The position numbers and the translations under genes were made by a program. This document shows, piece by piece, positions 27,971 through 38,067 of a DNA stretch of 64,000 nt. The notes beneath the pieces are model-generated. The model saw nothing but the letters and a program-made list of their open reading frames with translations. It was not told the DNA's origin and made no database searches. Origin of the DNA: Candidatus Culexmicrobium cathedralense (GTDB lineage Archaea > Thermoproteota > Methanomethylicia > Culexarchaeales > Culexmicrobiaceae); contig JANZKC010000001.1 of NCBI GenBank assembly GCA_025061115.1, positions 96,001-160,000 on the forward strand, read 5' to 3'. Every line of letters starts with the position of its first letter. The stretch's first letter is position 1.

Positions 27971-28052
27971 GATTAACCTCCAACTTCACCATCCCATGAA
28001 ATAAGAACCCGCACTTCCACATGCTAAATCAACTAAAAGCTTAAATTAAACT

Positions 28053-28763
28053 CTACAATTTTGCGTTCAACAATACTTTAACAGGCCTTTTCACCCTCAC
28101 TTCCAGAAATGGCACTGATAGTGAAGCGACATAAGCCAATATCGTTACTCCGCAATTATGTGCATTTAAAAGTGCTTTGGAAAATTTGGGGTCAGTATCC
28201 CAATTAGGCATGAAGAACTCGGCATCTTCACGCATTATCAAGAACATAATCATGGACTTAAAGCCTCGTTTAACTGCATCAATAAGGTGAAGCACATGCT
28301 TATACCCCCTACTCGTAGGAGCGTCCGGAAACAACGCTAAACCATCTTTAACGAGCGTACATCCTTTGACTTCCATTAAAGCTTTAAAGCCGCTTGGCGA
28401 CTGAAGCAGAAAGTCTATTCTACTGCCTTTAAGCTTAAACTCCCTTTTCAGAATAGCATAGCCTTCAAGCTCAGCAATCAAATTCTCCTTAATAGCCTCC
28501 TCAACAATTTTACTGTGAAGTGAAGAGTCAACTAAAACCCACAAGTCACCATGCCTAACTGCAAGTAAGTAGTAATCCGTCCTCCTATTAGGACTTTGAT
28601 GCTCCCTAATGAGAACTTCAGCGCCAAAATAAAGCAATTCAGTTAGTCTTCCAGGGTCATGAATATGAACTTTATGAATCTTGCCGTCAATTTCTACTAC
28701 TCCAACAAATCTATTCAACCTCCTAATAAACACGCCTTTAATCGGCTTCCAAAGCAATTTCAA
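28053..28763 (-). CDS. sfsA: SfsA DNA/RNA nuclease (sugar fermentation stimulation protein)
   Basis: RLNRF, HDPGRL.EL, SRIDF, EVKGCTL and FPDAPT.RG.KH motifs. Confidence 0.93.
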   Translation of the reverse strand: MKLLWKPIKGVFIRRLNRFVGVVEIDGKIHKVHIHDPGRLTELLYFGAEVLIREHQSPNRRTDYYLLAVRHGDLWVLVDSSLHSKIVEEAIKENLIAELEGYAILKREFKLKGSRIDFLLQSPSGFKALMEVKGCTLVKDGLALFPDAPTSRGYKHVLHLIDAVKRGFKSMIMFLIMREDAEFFMPNWDTDPKFSKALLNAHNCGVTILAYVASLSVPFLEVRVKRPVKVLLNAKL

Positions 28764-28828
28764 AGCTTAACTACTCCTAGAGCGCACTTCAAAGTCATCG
28801 GCATCACATTCCTATGGAAATTAGATTT

Positions 28829-30271
28829 TCAGTACAAGATGAACTTCGGCCGTTTAGATACTAGGAGTGGATAGTACCTTGGCTTCCTAGGATACCCTTC
28901 AGTTTCTAATTCAAGAATCTTAACCAACTCTTTTATCGCCAACACTTTTTGCTCTCCAGTCCTTCTAAATCTTACATTAAGAGTCCCGCTCTTCAATTCT
29001 GTTTCTCCAACAACTGCAATATAGGGAATCCACTCCTTCTCAGCATCCACTATCTTCCTGGACAACGACCTGTTGGTATCATCAACATCAACCCTGAACC
29101 CTTTAGCTTCAATTTCGCGCGCAACGCTTAATGCATATTCGACATATTGGATTTTTACTGGAATAATTCTAACTTGAACAGGGGAAATCCAAACTGGCAG
29201 CATCGGCTTATTTAACCTTAGCGCGGAGTCAAAGAGAGCATAGATGTACCTTTCGATTCCCCCAATAATTGCTGTATGAAGAATTACTGGATATCTTTCT
29301 TCGCCATCTTCATCAACGTATTTAATGCCAAATCGCAAAGCATTTCCAACATCAATCTGAACTGTGCCGATTTCTTTAGGCCTGCCAAGTTTATCAATAA
29401 TAACATATTCGATGTTGAGCGTCCAGTAGTAGTTAAGTCCAGTTGCAGGATATATTGCAATTAAAATTGGCTTACCAACATCCTTCGCAAGCTCAACCAA
29501 AAAATGCTTGTAATGTTCATATTGCTTCGGGCTTACAACATTAACAAGAAGCTCATATTCCCTGCCAAGTTTCCTCATTTCATTCATGATCCTTCTATGA
29601 ATTTTGAGCATCCAGTGCTTAGCTTCCTCCTCATCCCTAACGAAAATGTGCAGGTCCGGCATGTAAAAGCGCCTCAACCTAAAGCACAGCTCAACTTCAC
29701 CGCTCTTCTCAAACCTATATGAATCAGCTACTTCAAACGCGCCGAAAGGGAGATCTCTATATGAGATGAACCAATCCTTAATCATTGAAAACTGCTGATG
29801 ACACGCAGCATACCTTAAAACAAAGCTGCTTTTATCCGTCTTTAAGACGTAAAGCCTATCGCCGTAAAGAGCAGCATGCTCCTTAACAGGCTTCATCTTC
29901 AAGTCAAAGAAAGCTGTGCCCTTTACCTCAAAAATAGGTAGATCAAAAGATCGCACAACTTGGCGAGCATACTCCAAAACGAGATCAAATATTAATGCAG
30001 CATATGGACCAAAGCGCATATGACCATAATCGGAGTAAGGCTCCCACTCAAATCCAAAGCGCTTCAGATATCGAACAATTTCCGGATGACCTCCAGCTAA
30101 CTCCTCCTTAAGAGCCTCCTTCTTAACTAGAATTTGAAAATCACCACTCAGCGATGAAAGAACTTCTGGGCTTGGTTCAACTTCCTCACCACTTGGATGC
30201 AATATCACGTATTTACGATCGCTCACAAACATACCTCCCAAATTAACTGCCAAACATTCTCTTCTAAACAT
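28829..30271 (-). CDS. thrS: Threonyl-tRNA synthetase, archaeal type, catalytic + anticodon domains only (start may be 30232)
   Basis: LRYAAC, SYRFE.SGE...FRLRRF.MPDLH, TVQID, ILH...G.IER and LP.W.SPVQVR motifs. Confidence 0.93.
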   Translation of the reverse strand: MFRRECLAVNLGGMFVSDRKYVILHPSGEEVEPSPEVLSSLSGDFQILVKKEALKEELAGGHPEIVRYLKRFGFEWEPYSDYGHMRFGPYAALIFDLVLEYARQVVRSFDLPIFEVKGTAFFDLKMKPVKEHAALYGDRLYVLKTDKSSFVLRYAACHQQFSMIKDWFISYRDLPFGAFEVADSYRFEKSGEVELCFRLRRFYMPDLHIFVRDEEEAKHWMLKIHRRIMNEMRKLGREYELLVNVVSPKQYEHYKHFLVELAKDVGKPILIAIYPATGLNYYWTLNIEYVIIDKLGRPKEIGTVQIDVGNALRFGIKYVDEDGEERYPVILHTAIIGGIERYIYALFDSALRLNKPMLPVWISPVQVRIIPVKIQYVEYALSVAREIEAKGFRVDVDDTNRSLSRKIVDAEKEWIPYIAVVGETELKSGTLNVRFRRTGEQKVLAIKELVKILELETEGYPRKPRYYPLLVSKRPKFILY

Positions 30272-30514
30272 TTGATATTTCGGATTAAAATAATATGCTA
30301 AAATGAAGTTAATAAAGCCATAAAGCGTAACTCAAGATGAAAATTCGAAATTTGAGCGAGGCAAGGTTTGCAAAATAAAAATAACAAAGGTAGTTGTAGG
30401 AGCTATTACTTCATAGTTGATTTCAATAGCTAATTTAAATGTACAATAAAGGTTGTAATGCACATTTCATCCGATAAAGCTAAAAGAATTAAGAAGAAAT
30501 GATTTGCAAAGAGG

Positions 30515-31249
30515 GTGGTTAGCTTGAAACCGATCATCGGAATAACCTGCTCCTATGACTGGAATAAGGGATATTTTAGGCTTAATAGAGCATATGTAAC
30601 TGCAATAGAAAGGGCAGGCGGAGTTCCAATAATACTTCCATCCATTTCCCCGGATAATATACGTGAAATAGTAGGTATTGTTGACGGAGTCCTACTATCA
30701 GGGGGAGTAGACATTGATCCCCACCTTTATGGCGAGAAGCCCATACATAAAATGGGGAAAATAGATCCAGATCGAGATTTATTCGAGATTGAATTGACAA
30801 AGGAAGTTCTAAGGAGAGAATTGCCTCTCCTAGCAATATGCAGAGGAATTCAGGTACTGAACGTAGCTGCAGGAGGAACTTTATATCAGGACATTGAAAG
30901 TCAAGTTAAAGGCTCAATCAAGCATAAGTGGCACACACCAAGTGGATTAGATGCCCCTCCATCATACCCAACGCACATAGTCAAAATCAAAGCCGGCTCA
31001 ATGCTTCACAAGATTTTTGGAAAGCAGGAATTAAGAGTAAACAGCTTCCACCACCAAGCAGTAAAAGATGTTGGGAAGAAATTCATAGCTACAGCTTGGG
31101 CTGAAGATGAAGTAATAGAAGCAATAGAATACACTGGAAGTAGCTTTATTCTCGGAGTGCAGTGGCATCCAGAGTGGATGATGAATAGTGAGATGATGAA
31201 GATATTCGAGGAATTCGTTAAAAGAGCCGCTGAGCTAGCTAGAAGTTAG
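30515..31249 (+). CDS. Peptidase C26 / gamma-glutamyl-GABA hydrolase family (PuuD-like)
   Basis: GG.D.DP..YG, ICRG.Q, VNSFHHQ and GVQWHPE motifs. Confidence 0.93.
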   Translation: MVSLKPIIGITCSYDWNKGYFRLNRAYVTAIERAGGVPIILPSISPDNIREIVGIVDGVLLSGGVDIDPHLYGEKPIHKMGKIDPDRDLFEIELTKEVLRRELPLLAICRGIQVLNVAAGGTLYQDIESQVKGSIKHKWHTPSGLDAPPSYPTHIVKIKAGSMLHKIFGKQELRVNSFHHQAVKDVGKKFIATAWAEDEVIEAIEYTGSSFILGVQWHPEWMMNSEMMKIFEEFVKRAAELARS

Positions 31250-31789
31250 CTCCAAAACCATGTGAATAACAAAATTGCTAGAAAGTTTTCTACTCTCATC
31301 AAATTCCTTCAGACCAACAATTCTAAATCCAAATTTTCTGTAGAAAAGATATTGACTATAATTTGAGTTGCTCACTTCAACATGAACATAGCGAGCACCA
31401 TGAAACCTACAGTAATTCAAAGCTCTTCTAAGCAAAAGCAATTCGATCCCCGCATCTTTATATGCATCATCAACAATAAGCCAATTAACTATTGCGTCGT
31501 CATTTGATAAATTTAAATCTAAGAAGCCTGCAAAACACTCATAATCCTTAACTACAAGTTGAAGCCCAGTTTTAGACTCAATTCTACGGCGAATCTCATT
31601 TAAATCGCTCTCTCCAAATTCTATCAAAGTAGTCTTAGGCTCATCAAGCAATTCTTCCCTCAAATTAAAAACGACACCAAATTGAGACTTTCGCTTCTCC
31701 AACATCAGCACAACGCTTGAAGTTGAAGATGAACTTATCCGACGAAGCTTAGAAAAATCCTCCAGCTTCAAGCGCTCAACTATAAACAT
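31235..31789 (-). CDS. GNAT family N-acetyltransferase
   Basis: V...YK.AGI...L, N.....FYRKFGF motifs. Confidence 0.75.
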   Translation of the reverse strand: MFIVERLKLEDFSKLRRISSSSTSSVVLMLEKRKSQFGVVFNLREELLDEPKTTLIEFGESDLNEIRRRIESKTGLQLVVKDYECFAGFLDLNLSNDDAIVNWLIVDDAYKDAGIELLLLRRALNYCRFHGARYVHVEVSNSNYSQYLFYRKFGFRIVGLKEFDESRKLSSNFVIHMVLELTSS

Positions 31790-32000
31790 GACGTGTCACA
31801 CAGTCAAAAATTATCAATTACCGAAACCAATAAATTTTGCCATTCAAATACGAATTGGTATAAATAAAAATATTGATTAGTGCAGGTAGATTCTACCACC
31901 TATAATTAAATTGCAACGCAAAGTGAAGTTCTCACCAAGAATCAACTCATAGGCAATGCTTAAAGGTTCCAATTTACATCATCTCATTTGAGGTGTAAAC

Positions 32001-32846
32001 TTGAAGGCATTCATATCGGTTGACTTGGAGGGTATGCCCTACATAGTGAGCCCCGAGCACTTAACGTTAAGGCGCGCGCTCTATGATGAAGCTAGGAAAA
32101 TTGCAACTAAAATAACGAAGATTGCAGCCGAATCCTTAAAGGAGCGTGGCTTCGATGAAATAATAGTCGCCGACAGTCACGGCCCAATGGTTAATCTGCT
32201 TGTTGAAGAACTTCCAGACTACGTTGAAATCGTAAGGGGTTATCCTAGGCCGCTCAGCATGGTTGCATGGATTCAAGAGTGTAATGCAGCCATATTTCTA
32301 GGTTATCACGCCAAAGCAGGAACTGCAAAATCAACCTTCGACCACACATACAGTGGAACCACCATTGCAAAAGTTGAAATCAACGGCATTGAAGTAAGCG
32401 AATTCCTATTAAACGCATATGTTGCAGGACATTATGATATTCCAGTAATATTGGTTGGAGGCGAAGCAAAGCTACTTGAGGACGACGTAGCTAAGCATGC
32501 ACCCTGGGCTGAAAGAGTAGTCTTTAAGCGATCTGCAAGCAGATACGCGGCAATAAGCCCCAGCATGGCCAAAATAAAGAAGGCTTTAAGGGATGCAGTT
32601 AGCAAAGCAGTATTGAAGTTTAATAAGGGAGAGGCTAAGCCGCTAAAAACTAATTATCCTGTTAATGTAGCTATAACATTTCTCAAGAGCAGCTTTGCAG
32701 ATGCAGCTGAGCTGCTTCCAGGAGTAAAGCGCATTGGCGGATTAACGGCCAAGTACGAGGCTAATGACATACTCGAAGCATATAAGGTTTTTGAACTACT
32801 AGTACTAGCTGCATCGGCAGTTAATGTGATGACTCAGCCAAAGTAG
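32001..32846 (+). CDS. M55 D-aminopeptidase (DppA-like)
   Basis: S.D.EG, DSHG, GYHA.AG and HT motifs. Confidence 0.92.
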   Translation: MKAFISVDLEGMPYIVSPEHLTLRRALYDEARKIATKITKIAAESLKERGFDEIIVADSHGPMVNLLVEELPDYVEIVRGYPRPLSMVAWIQECNAAIFLGYHAKAGTAKSTFDHTYSGTTIAKVEINGIEVSEFLLNAYVAGHYDIPVILVGGEAKLLEDDVAKHAPWAERVVFKRSASRYAAISPSMAKIKKALRDAVSKAVLKFNKGEAKPLKTNYPVNVAITFLKSSFADAAELLPGVKRIGGLTAKYEANDILEAYKVFELLVLAASAVNVMTQPK

Positions 32847-32849
32847 TTG

Positions 32850-33833
32850 CTATAGCGAAATCTCTTTACCCACACCCTTTTTCAAAGCCAATCGGTAGGC
32901 TTTTAAGGCTGTTGAAGCATCTTGAATTGCTAGGCCAACTGACTTAAAGATGGTTATCTCTTTATCATTTACTCTACCAGGCTTTGCTCCCGTAACTAGT
33001 TCACTAAGCTCAGCATATATGTGATCTCTACCTATAACGCCTTCATTAATCGGAATTATTATGTCTCCAGCCTCTCTAAAACAGGCTTCAATAGAATCTA
33101 CAACAACCTTCGCCCGCATAATTATGTTTGAATCCAACTCTCTACTCGTTGGAGTATGAGAGCCAATGCCATTAATGTGCGTTCCATCCTCAACCCACTC
33201 TCCCCTAAAAACTGGGGTCTTTGAAGTTGTCGCCGTCACTATTATGTCGCAGCCCTTAACAGCTTCAACCGGATTTTCAACCGGCCTTACGTCGATTCCA
33301 AGCTGCTTCGACATTTCATCAGCATATTTCTTGGAAGCGCTATAAATAACATCGTAAACTCTAGCTTCTTCAATTGGTCTAACTTCGCATAAAGCCATTA
33401 ATTGAGTTCTAGCTTGAACTCCAGCACCAAAAATGCCGACTATTCTTGAATCACTTCTAGCAAGATATTTACTTGCAACTCCACTTACAGCTCCAGTTCT
33501 CATTGCAGTTATAAAGGCACCCTCCATTATGGCTAGTAAGTCGCCAGTTCTCGGATCGTTTAGAAGAACGGTACCTAGAGTTGTTGGCAAAGCGTACTTC
33601 TTGGGATTGTCTGGGTAAACTGAAACAATTTTGACTGCAAGCGCATCCATATCAGCTATGTAGGCCGGCATATATAGAATTAGCCCATTGTAACCTTCAA
33701 CTTTTATGACGGGTCTTGGAGGCATCGAAGCTTTCCCCAAGCCGTAGCACTTAAAGGCTTCTTCAACGGCATCAATCACATCCTTCATAGTTAAAATGGA
33801 CTTCAAATCATCTCTACTTAGGACTAACACCAT
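32850..33833 (-). CDS. Ornithine cyclodeaminase/mu-crystallin family (archaeal alanine dehydrogenase-like)
   Basis: MPAY, K.VSV.P.N, RTGA, GAGVQA and FKSVG.A.QD motifs. Confidence 0.92.
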   Translation of the reverse strand: MVLVLSRDDLKSILTMKDVIDAVEEAFKCYGLGKASMPPRPVIKVEGYNGLILYMPAYIADMDALAVKIVSVYPDNPKKYALPTTLGTVLLNDPRTGDLLAIMEGAFITAMRTGAVSGVASKYLARSDSRIVGIFGAGVQARTQLMALCEVRPIEEARVYDVIYSASKKYADEMSKQLGIDVRPVENPVEAVKGCDIIVTATTSKTPVFRGEWVEDGTHINGIGSHTPTSRELDSNIIMRAKVVVDSIEACFREAGDIIIPINEGVIGRDHIYAELSELVTGAKPGRVNDKEITIFKSVGLAIQDASTALKAYRLALKKGVGKEISL

Positions 33834-33897
33834 AATTCCACCAAAGAAATATATTGAAATTTAACTATGATAAAAACATCGGTTGAGCGGCGTTGGT

Positions 33898-34071
33898 CTA
33901 CTCCTTCTTCTCATGATGTTCGCACTTGAAGTCCGAGTAATCTTTATTAACTCGGTAGAAGCGCCATCGGCCATCATTCTTGTACGGGCACCTAATGAAT
34001 TTCACGTCAGGATTTATTTCACTTGAATTTATTTCGGCGTGCTTACATGACAAACACGGCAATTGCCCCAT
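33898..34071 (-). CDS. Small four-Cys protein (57 aa), below the ORF-track cutoff
   Basis: MGQLPCLSCKH...RCPYK...FKCEHHEKKE*, preceded by a strong GAGGTGA SD 5 nt before the ATG. Confidence 0.75.
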   Translation of the reverse strand: MGQLPCLSCKHAEINSSEINPDVKFIRCPYKNDGRWRFYRVNKDYSDFKCEHHEKKE

Positions 34072-34181
34072 TTATTTCACCTCTACGTTTTATATACTTA
34101 TGTCTAAGCTATATTAAGTGTTTCGACAAACATATAGCGTAATAATAAAATGCATTTATAGAAGTGTTGTTGACATTAGTG

Positions 34182-35126
34182 CTAGCTGTGTCTTTTAATC
34201 ACTGGATTTTTAATTGAGCCGATTTTTTCTATGTAAACTTCAACTACATCTCCATGCTTAAGGAATTTTGGAGGCTTCTTCGCAAAGCCTATGCCGCTTG
34301 GAGTCCCAGTCAAAAGTATATCCCCTGGAATGAGAGTAATTCCACTCGAAATGTAGCTAATTAGTTTGCTAACATTGAACATCATATTTTTAGTGTTTGA
34401 ATCCTGAACAACTTCACCATTAACTTTGCAAGTTATCCTTAAATTATTTGGATTACCAACGTCTTCGTGCAATACTATGCCAGGACCAATTGGGCAGAAA
34501 GTGTCCAGCGACTTGCTCCAGAAAAGTCTAATTGGATTTTTAAATTCAAGATCTCTAGCCGTGACATCATTTGCCGCCATATAACCTAAAACGAAATTCA
34601 ATGCATCATTCTCAGCTACATCCTTACATTTAGCACCGATTACAACTGCCAACTCAGCCTCGTAATCTACTTGATTTGAAATTTTTGGTAGAATTATTGG
34701 ATCGTATGGGCCTATGATTGAGCTTGGAGCTTTGGCAAAAACAACTGGTTCCTCCGGCGGCTTTCCTCCGGTTTCAGCTATGTGATCTAGGTAATTTAAG
34801 CCTATGCAGATTATTTTGCTTGGACTTGGAATCGGAGCTTTAAGCTCAACTTCGCTGATGGGATATGCCACACCCTCTAACTCTATCAAATCTTCAATGT
34901 GGCTCCTCACAACATTGACAACATCAATAACTTTTAATCCGCGTTTAATCAATTTTTGAGGGTTAATTGGGGCTTCCCTACCAGCTTTTGCTCTAGCTTC
35001 AAGCTTTGTAAAACCAAAGCTCACGAGTAAGTGGTAGTACGCGCAGTTGAGATTTACTGCAACATCTTCAATTAAAATTCCGCTAAAAATTTTCCTTAAA
35101 CCCTTGGGCTTAAATGCTATGATCAA
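34182..35126 (-). CDS. Fumarylacetoacetate hydrolase family protein
   Basis: CIGLNY..H, DYEAEL, NDVTARD, K..DTF.P.GP and TGTP.G motifs. Confidence 0.93.
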   Translation of the reverse strand: MIIAFKPKGLRKIFSGILIEDVAVNLNCAYYHLLVSFGFTKLEARAKAGREAPINPQKLIKRGLKVIDVVNVVRSHIEDLIELEGVAYPISEVELKAPIPSPSKIICIGLNYLDHIAETGGKPPEEPVVFAKAPSSIIGPYDPIILPKISNQVDYEAELAVVIGAKCKDVAENDALNFVLGYMAANDVTARDLEFKNPIRLFWSKSLDTFCPIGPGIVLHEDVGNPNNLRITCKVNGEVVQDSNTKNMMFNVSKLISYISSGITLIPGDILLTGTPSGIGFAKKPPKFLKHGDVVEVYIEKIGSIKNPVIKRHS

Positions 35127-35136
35127 GATTTCACCT

Positions 35137-36537
35137 CTAATCCACGGGAACTACTTTTAATTGCTTAATTCTTAGACTTGGTGCAACAGCATAATTACCC
35201 CATTGCCCAGCGACCCTAACATCATTTGCAACTGCATCGACATTGGATAACATTTTTAGTATATTATCCAGAATTCTTGATTTCTTCACGGCATATGCTA
35301 TTTCTCCATGTTCAATTTTGTATAGCCCCATTCTAAGTACAGCAGTATAATCTCCAGTTACAGTATTGCTTATCCTTGCATAGTGCAGGTGCTTTACTAG
35401 AAGGCCGTTCTTGACTTCAGAAATTAAATCATCCAAACTGTCACTTCCACTCCTAATGACCAGCGTTGAGGGCCTTGGAGTTGGTTCAGTAATATAAAGC
35501 TTCCCTGGAAGCCTCGTAAAGCCGGCAGGGCCTGGAGGCCTAAAGCCATTACCAGTGGACTCCTTGCTCTCCATGGCTGCCGTCTTTGAGTCATAGTAAA
35601 AACCTTTAAAAACTCCATTTTCAAGGAGGTATTTAGTTCTAGTTGGAACACCTTCATCATCAATGGAGCACGAATGCGGTCCTTTAGGCATCCTTGGATC
35701 ATCAAGTATAGTTAATTTTTCACTTGCAACAAGCTCTCCCTCCTTACCTAGAAAGAATTGAAGAGTAGTTTTGGCAATAATTGGATTAGAGAACGTTCCA
35801 ACTCTTAAGGCTATATCTGCAGATGCTCTTGGAGCAAAAATTGCAGTGTAAGTTCCTTCAGTCAACCTCTTAGCCTTAAGCCCGTCAACAGCCATCTTAG
35901 CTGATTCGCGGCCTATGAATTCAGGATCAAAGTCCGATAGGTATCTGCACTTCAAGCTTTCATAGCCTTCACTTTCAACTCCATAATCCTTAGCAGTTGT
36001 CGCGATAACGCCCTCAATAAAGGTTCCTCGATCCTCAGCTTCAAGGCCATTTGAATTAACTATCCTCACTTGATACTTAACGATATTGATGGTTCCTGCT
36101 ATGTCAACTATTTTATCGCTATACTCTTCGGCTGAATTAATAGCTTTATGCGCTAATTCAACGGCATGCTCCCTAGTTAAATTGGCAAGTTCACCATCAA
36201 AAGTTCCTTCGACAATACTATACTTTTGAGGTTTAGGCATAGAGTACTTGAATTTCAATTTTCTTTTGGATGCAATTTTAATTGCTCTACTAATAGCCTC
36301 CCTAATTCCTTCCTCATCCAGCTTGCTTGTGGATGAAAATCCCAATCCATTATCTCTCGTTAAAACTCTTACTGCCAACCCCCCATCCACGGCACCCTTG
36401 GCTTCAACAATCTTCCTATTAGCTATCCTGGCTGTAAATACGTCGTTTTTAAGGTAGAATGCTTCTGCCTCAGCTGCTCCAAATTTAATTGCGGTTTCAA
36501 CTACCATTCTAACTTCATCTAAATTCAAATCATTCAC
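35137..36537 (-). CDS. PmbA/TldE family protein (pair 1)
   Basis: GA..AE, DDEGVPT and ENG......D motifs; no HExxxH; coupled to TldD. Confidence 0.88.
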   Translation of the reverse strand: MNDLNLDEVRMVVETAIKFGAAEAEAFYLKNDVFTARIANRKIVEAKGAVDGGLAVRVLTRDNGLGFSSTSKLDEEGIREAISRAIKIASKRKLKFKYSMPKPQKYSIVEGTFDGELANLTREHAVELAHKAINSAEEYSDKIVDIAGTINIVKYQVRIVNSNGLEAEDRGTFIEGVIATTAKDYGVESEGYESLKCRYLSDFDPEFIGRESAKMAVDGLKAKRLTEGTYTAIFAPRASADIALRVGTFSNPIIAKTTLQFFLGKEGELVASEKLTILDDPRMPKGPHSCSIDDEGVPTRTKYLLENGVFKGFYYDSKTAAMESKESTGNGFRPPGPAGFTRLPGKLYITEPTPRPSTLVIRSGSDSLDDLISEVKNGLLVKHLHYARISNTVTGDYTAVLRMGLYKIEHGEIAYAVKKSRILDNILKMLSNVDAVANDVRVAGQWGNYAVAPSLRIKQLKVVPVD

Positions 36538-37949
36538 CTCCCAACAATATTAGCTACTCCCCTTATGTGAGGGCCACCATTACCAACATAGAGTAGCTGG
36601 TAAGGCTCGCCCTTGCCACATCCTGGAATAGGTCTAATGGTCAAGTCATTTGCAACAGCATCAATGCTCTTAAAGAAACTTGGAGCAGTGCCCATAACCC
36701 AGATATTCTTTAAGTGCTTCGTCAATTCGCCATTTTCAATTAGCCAACCCTCCTTGGCTGAAATAGTCCAGTTAAACCTCTTATCGTCGATGCTAGGGGT
36801 ATTTCTTCCACAAACATAAATACCAAACTTGGTTTCCTCAATTATTTCATTAGACTTCCAATCTCCAGGCGCGATGAAAGTATTGCTCATCCTTATAAGC
36901 GGAAAGTATTCATAAGTTATTGCCCTCATACCAGCATTAGCTTCAGCATTAAATATTGCTGCGGTCTCCCTACTGTGCATATGATCTTTCAACACTCCTC
37001 TTTCAATTAGAACTTTCCTCTTAGCTGGCGTTCCCTCATCATCATATAGGTAGAAACCAAGGCCTCCGGGAATTGTAGGGTCGTCATAGGCAGTTAGGAG
37101 ATCTGAGCCTATTTTCTCGCCTAGCTTGCCAGCCCACCACGTAGTTCCAGCCCATGCAGCTTCACGCCTCAAAACCCTATCTGCTTCACTTGGATGCCCG
37201 ATAATTTCATGGGTTAATAGGGAGACGAAATCTGGATCCATAACAACTGGGACATTCCTCATGGACTTAGCCGGCTCAGCATCCAAAAGTTCAATTGCTT
37301 TTTCAGCCACCTTTCTAGCGGAATTTAATAGCACTTCCCCGCTTACAAGCTCGTAGCCCCCGCTTCCACCCTCAACCCACCTGTACCTCGACCTGCATGC
37401 TCCACGCTTAGCATTAGCTGTAACCCTCGACCAAGTCACGGTATTCTTAAAACTTATCCTTGCACCCTCGCTGCTTGCAAAGAACTTTTCCATCTTAATT
37501 CCAGTATAGGAGAGGCTTCTTGAGGATATCTCCTTGTAGGAAGCTAGAAGCTTATCAGCTTCAATTAAATCATCGATTTTACTTTCTATTGGGATATTCT
37601 CTATGTCAAATTTAACTTCAGCAACAACTTTGTCCTTGCATACCTTGATTGGAGCAAGCTTAACTGGCTCTTTAATTCTCATGCTAGACGCCCTAGCAGC
37701 TTTAACTGCAAGTTCAACAGCATTCTTAGCTTCAACCATAGAGATTTTTGGCGAAGCCTGAAAGCCCCATGCACCCTCAACAATAACTCTAACCGAAAAT
37801 CCCGATTTACTTAATGTTAATGCTGAGATCACTTCCCCATTAATCATTGATATGCTTTCATTATAATAGGATTCAATCCTCACATCAGCATATGAAGCTC
37901 CGAGCCTGCGCGCATAATCAACGATGAACTCAGCCAAATCCTCCCTCAA
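36534..37949 (-). CDS. tldD: TldD family metalloprotease (pair 1)
   Basis: HEIIGHPSEAD, DDEG, RMSNT and CGKG motifs. Confidence 0.9.
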   Translation of the reverse strand: MREDLAEFIVDYARRLGASYADVRIESYYNESISMINGEVISALTLSKSGFSVRVIVEGAWGFQASPKISMVEAKNAVELAVKAARASSMRIKEPVKLAPIKVCKDKVVAEVKFDIENIPIESKIDDLIEADKLLASYKEISSRSLSYTGIKMEKFFASSEGARISFKNTVTWSRVTANAKRGACRSRYRWVEGGSGGYELVSGEVLLNSARKVAEKAIELLDAEPAKSMRNVPVVMDPDFVSLLTHEIIGHPSEADRVLRREAAWAGTTWWAGKLGEKIGSDLLTAYDDPTIPGGLGFYLYDDEGTPAKRKVLIERGVLKDHMHSRETAAIFNAEANAGMRAITYEYFPLIRMSNTFIAPGDWKSNEIIEETKFGIYVCGRNTPSIDDKRFNWTISAKEGWLIENGELTKHLKNIWVMGTAPSFFKSIDAVANDLTIRPIPGCGKGEPYQLLYVGNGGPHIRGVANIVGR

Positions 37950-38067
37950 TCATGACACCAAAATAATTATATTTTGAGTGAAATTTAATGCTTTTCAACA
38001 TCCAATAATTGCTTATAACATAGTTAATCTTAATTAAACAAGCTCACCTAATTAGATTACGAGAACC

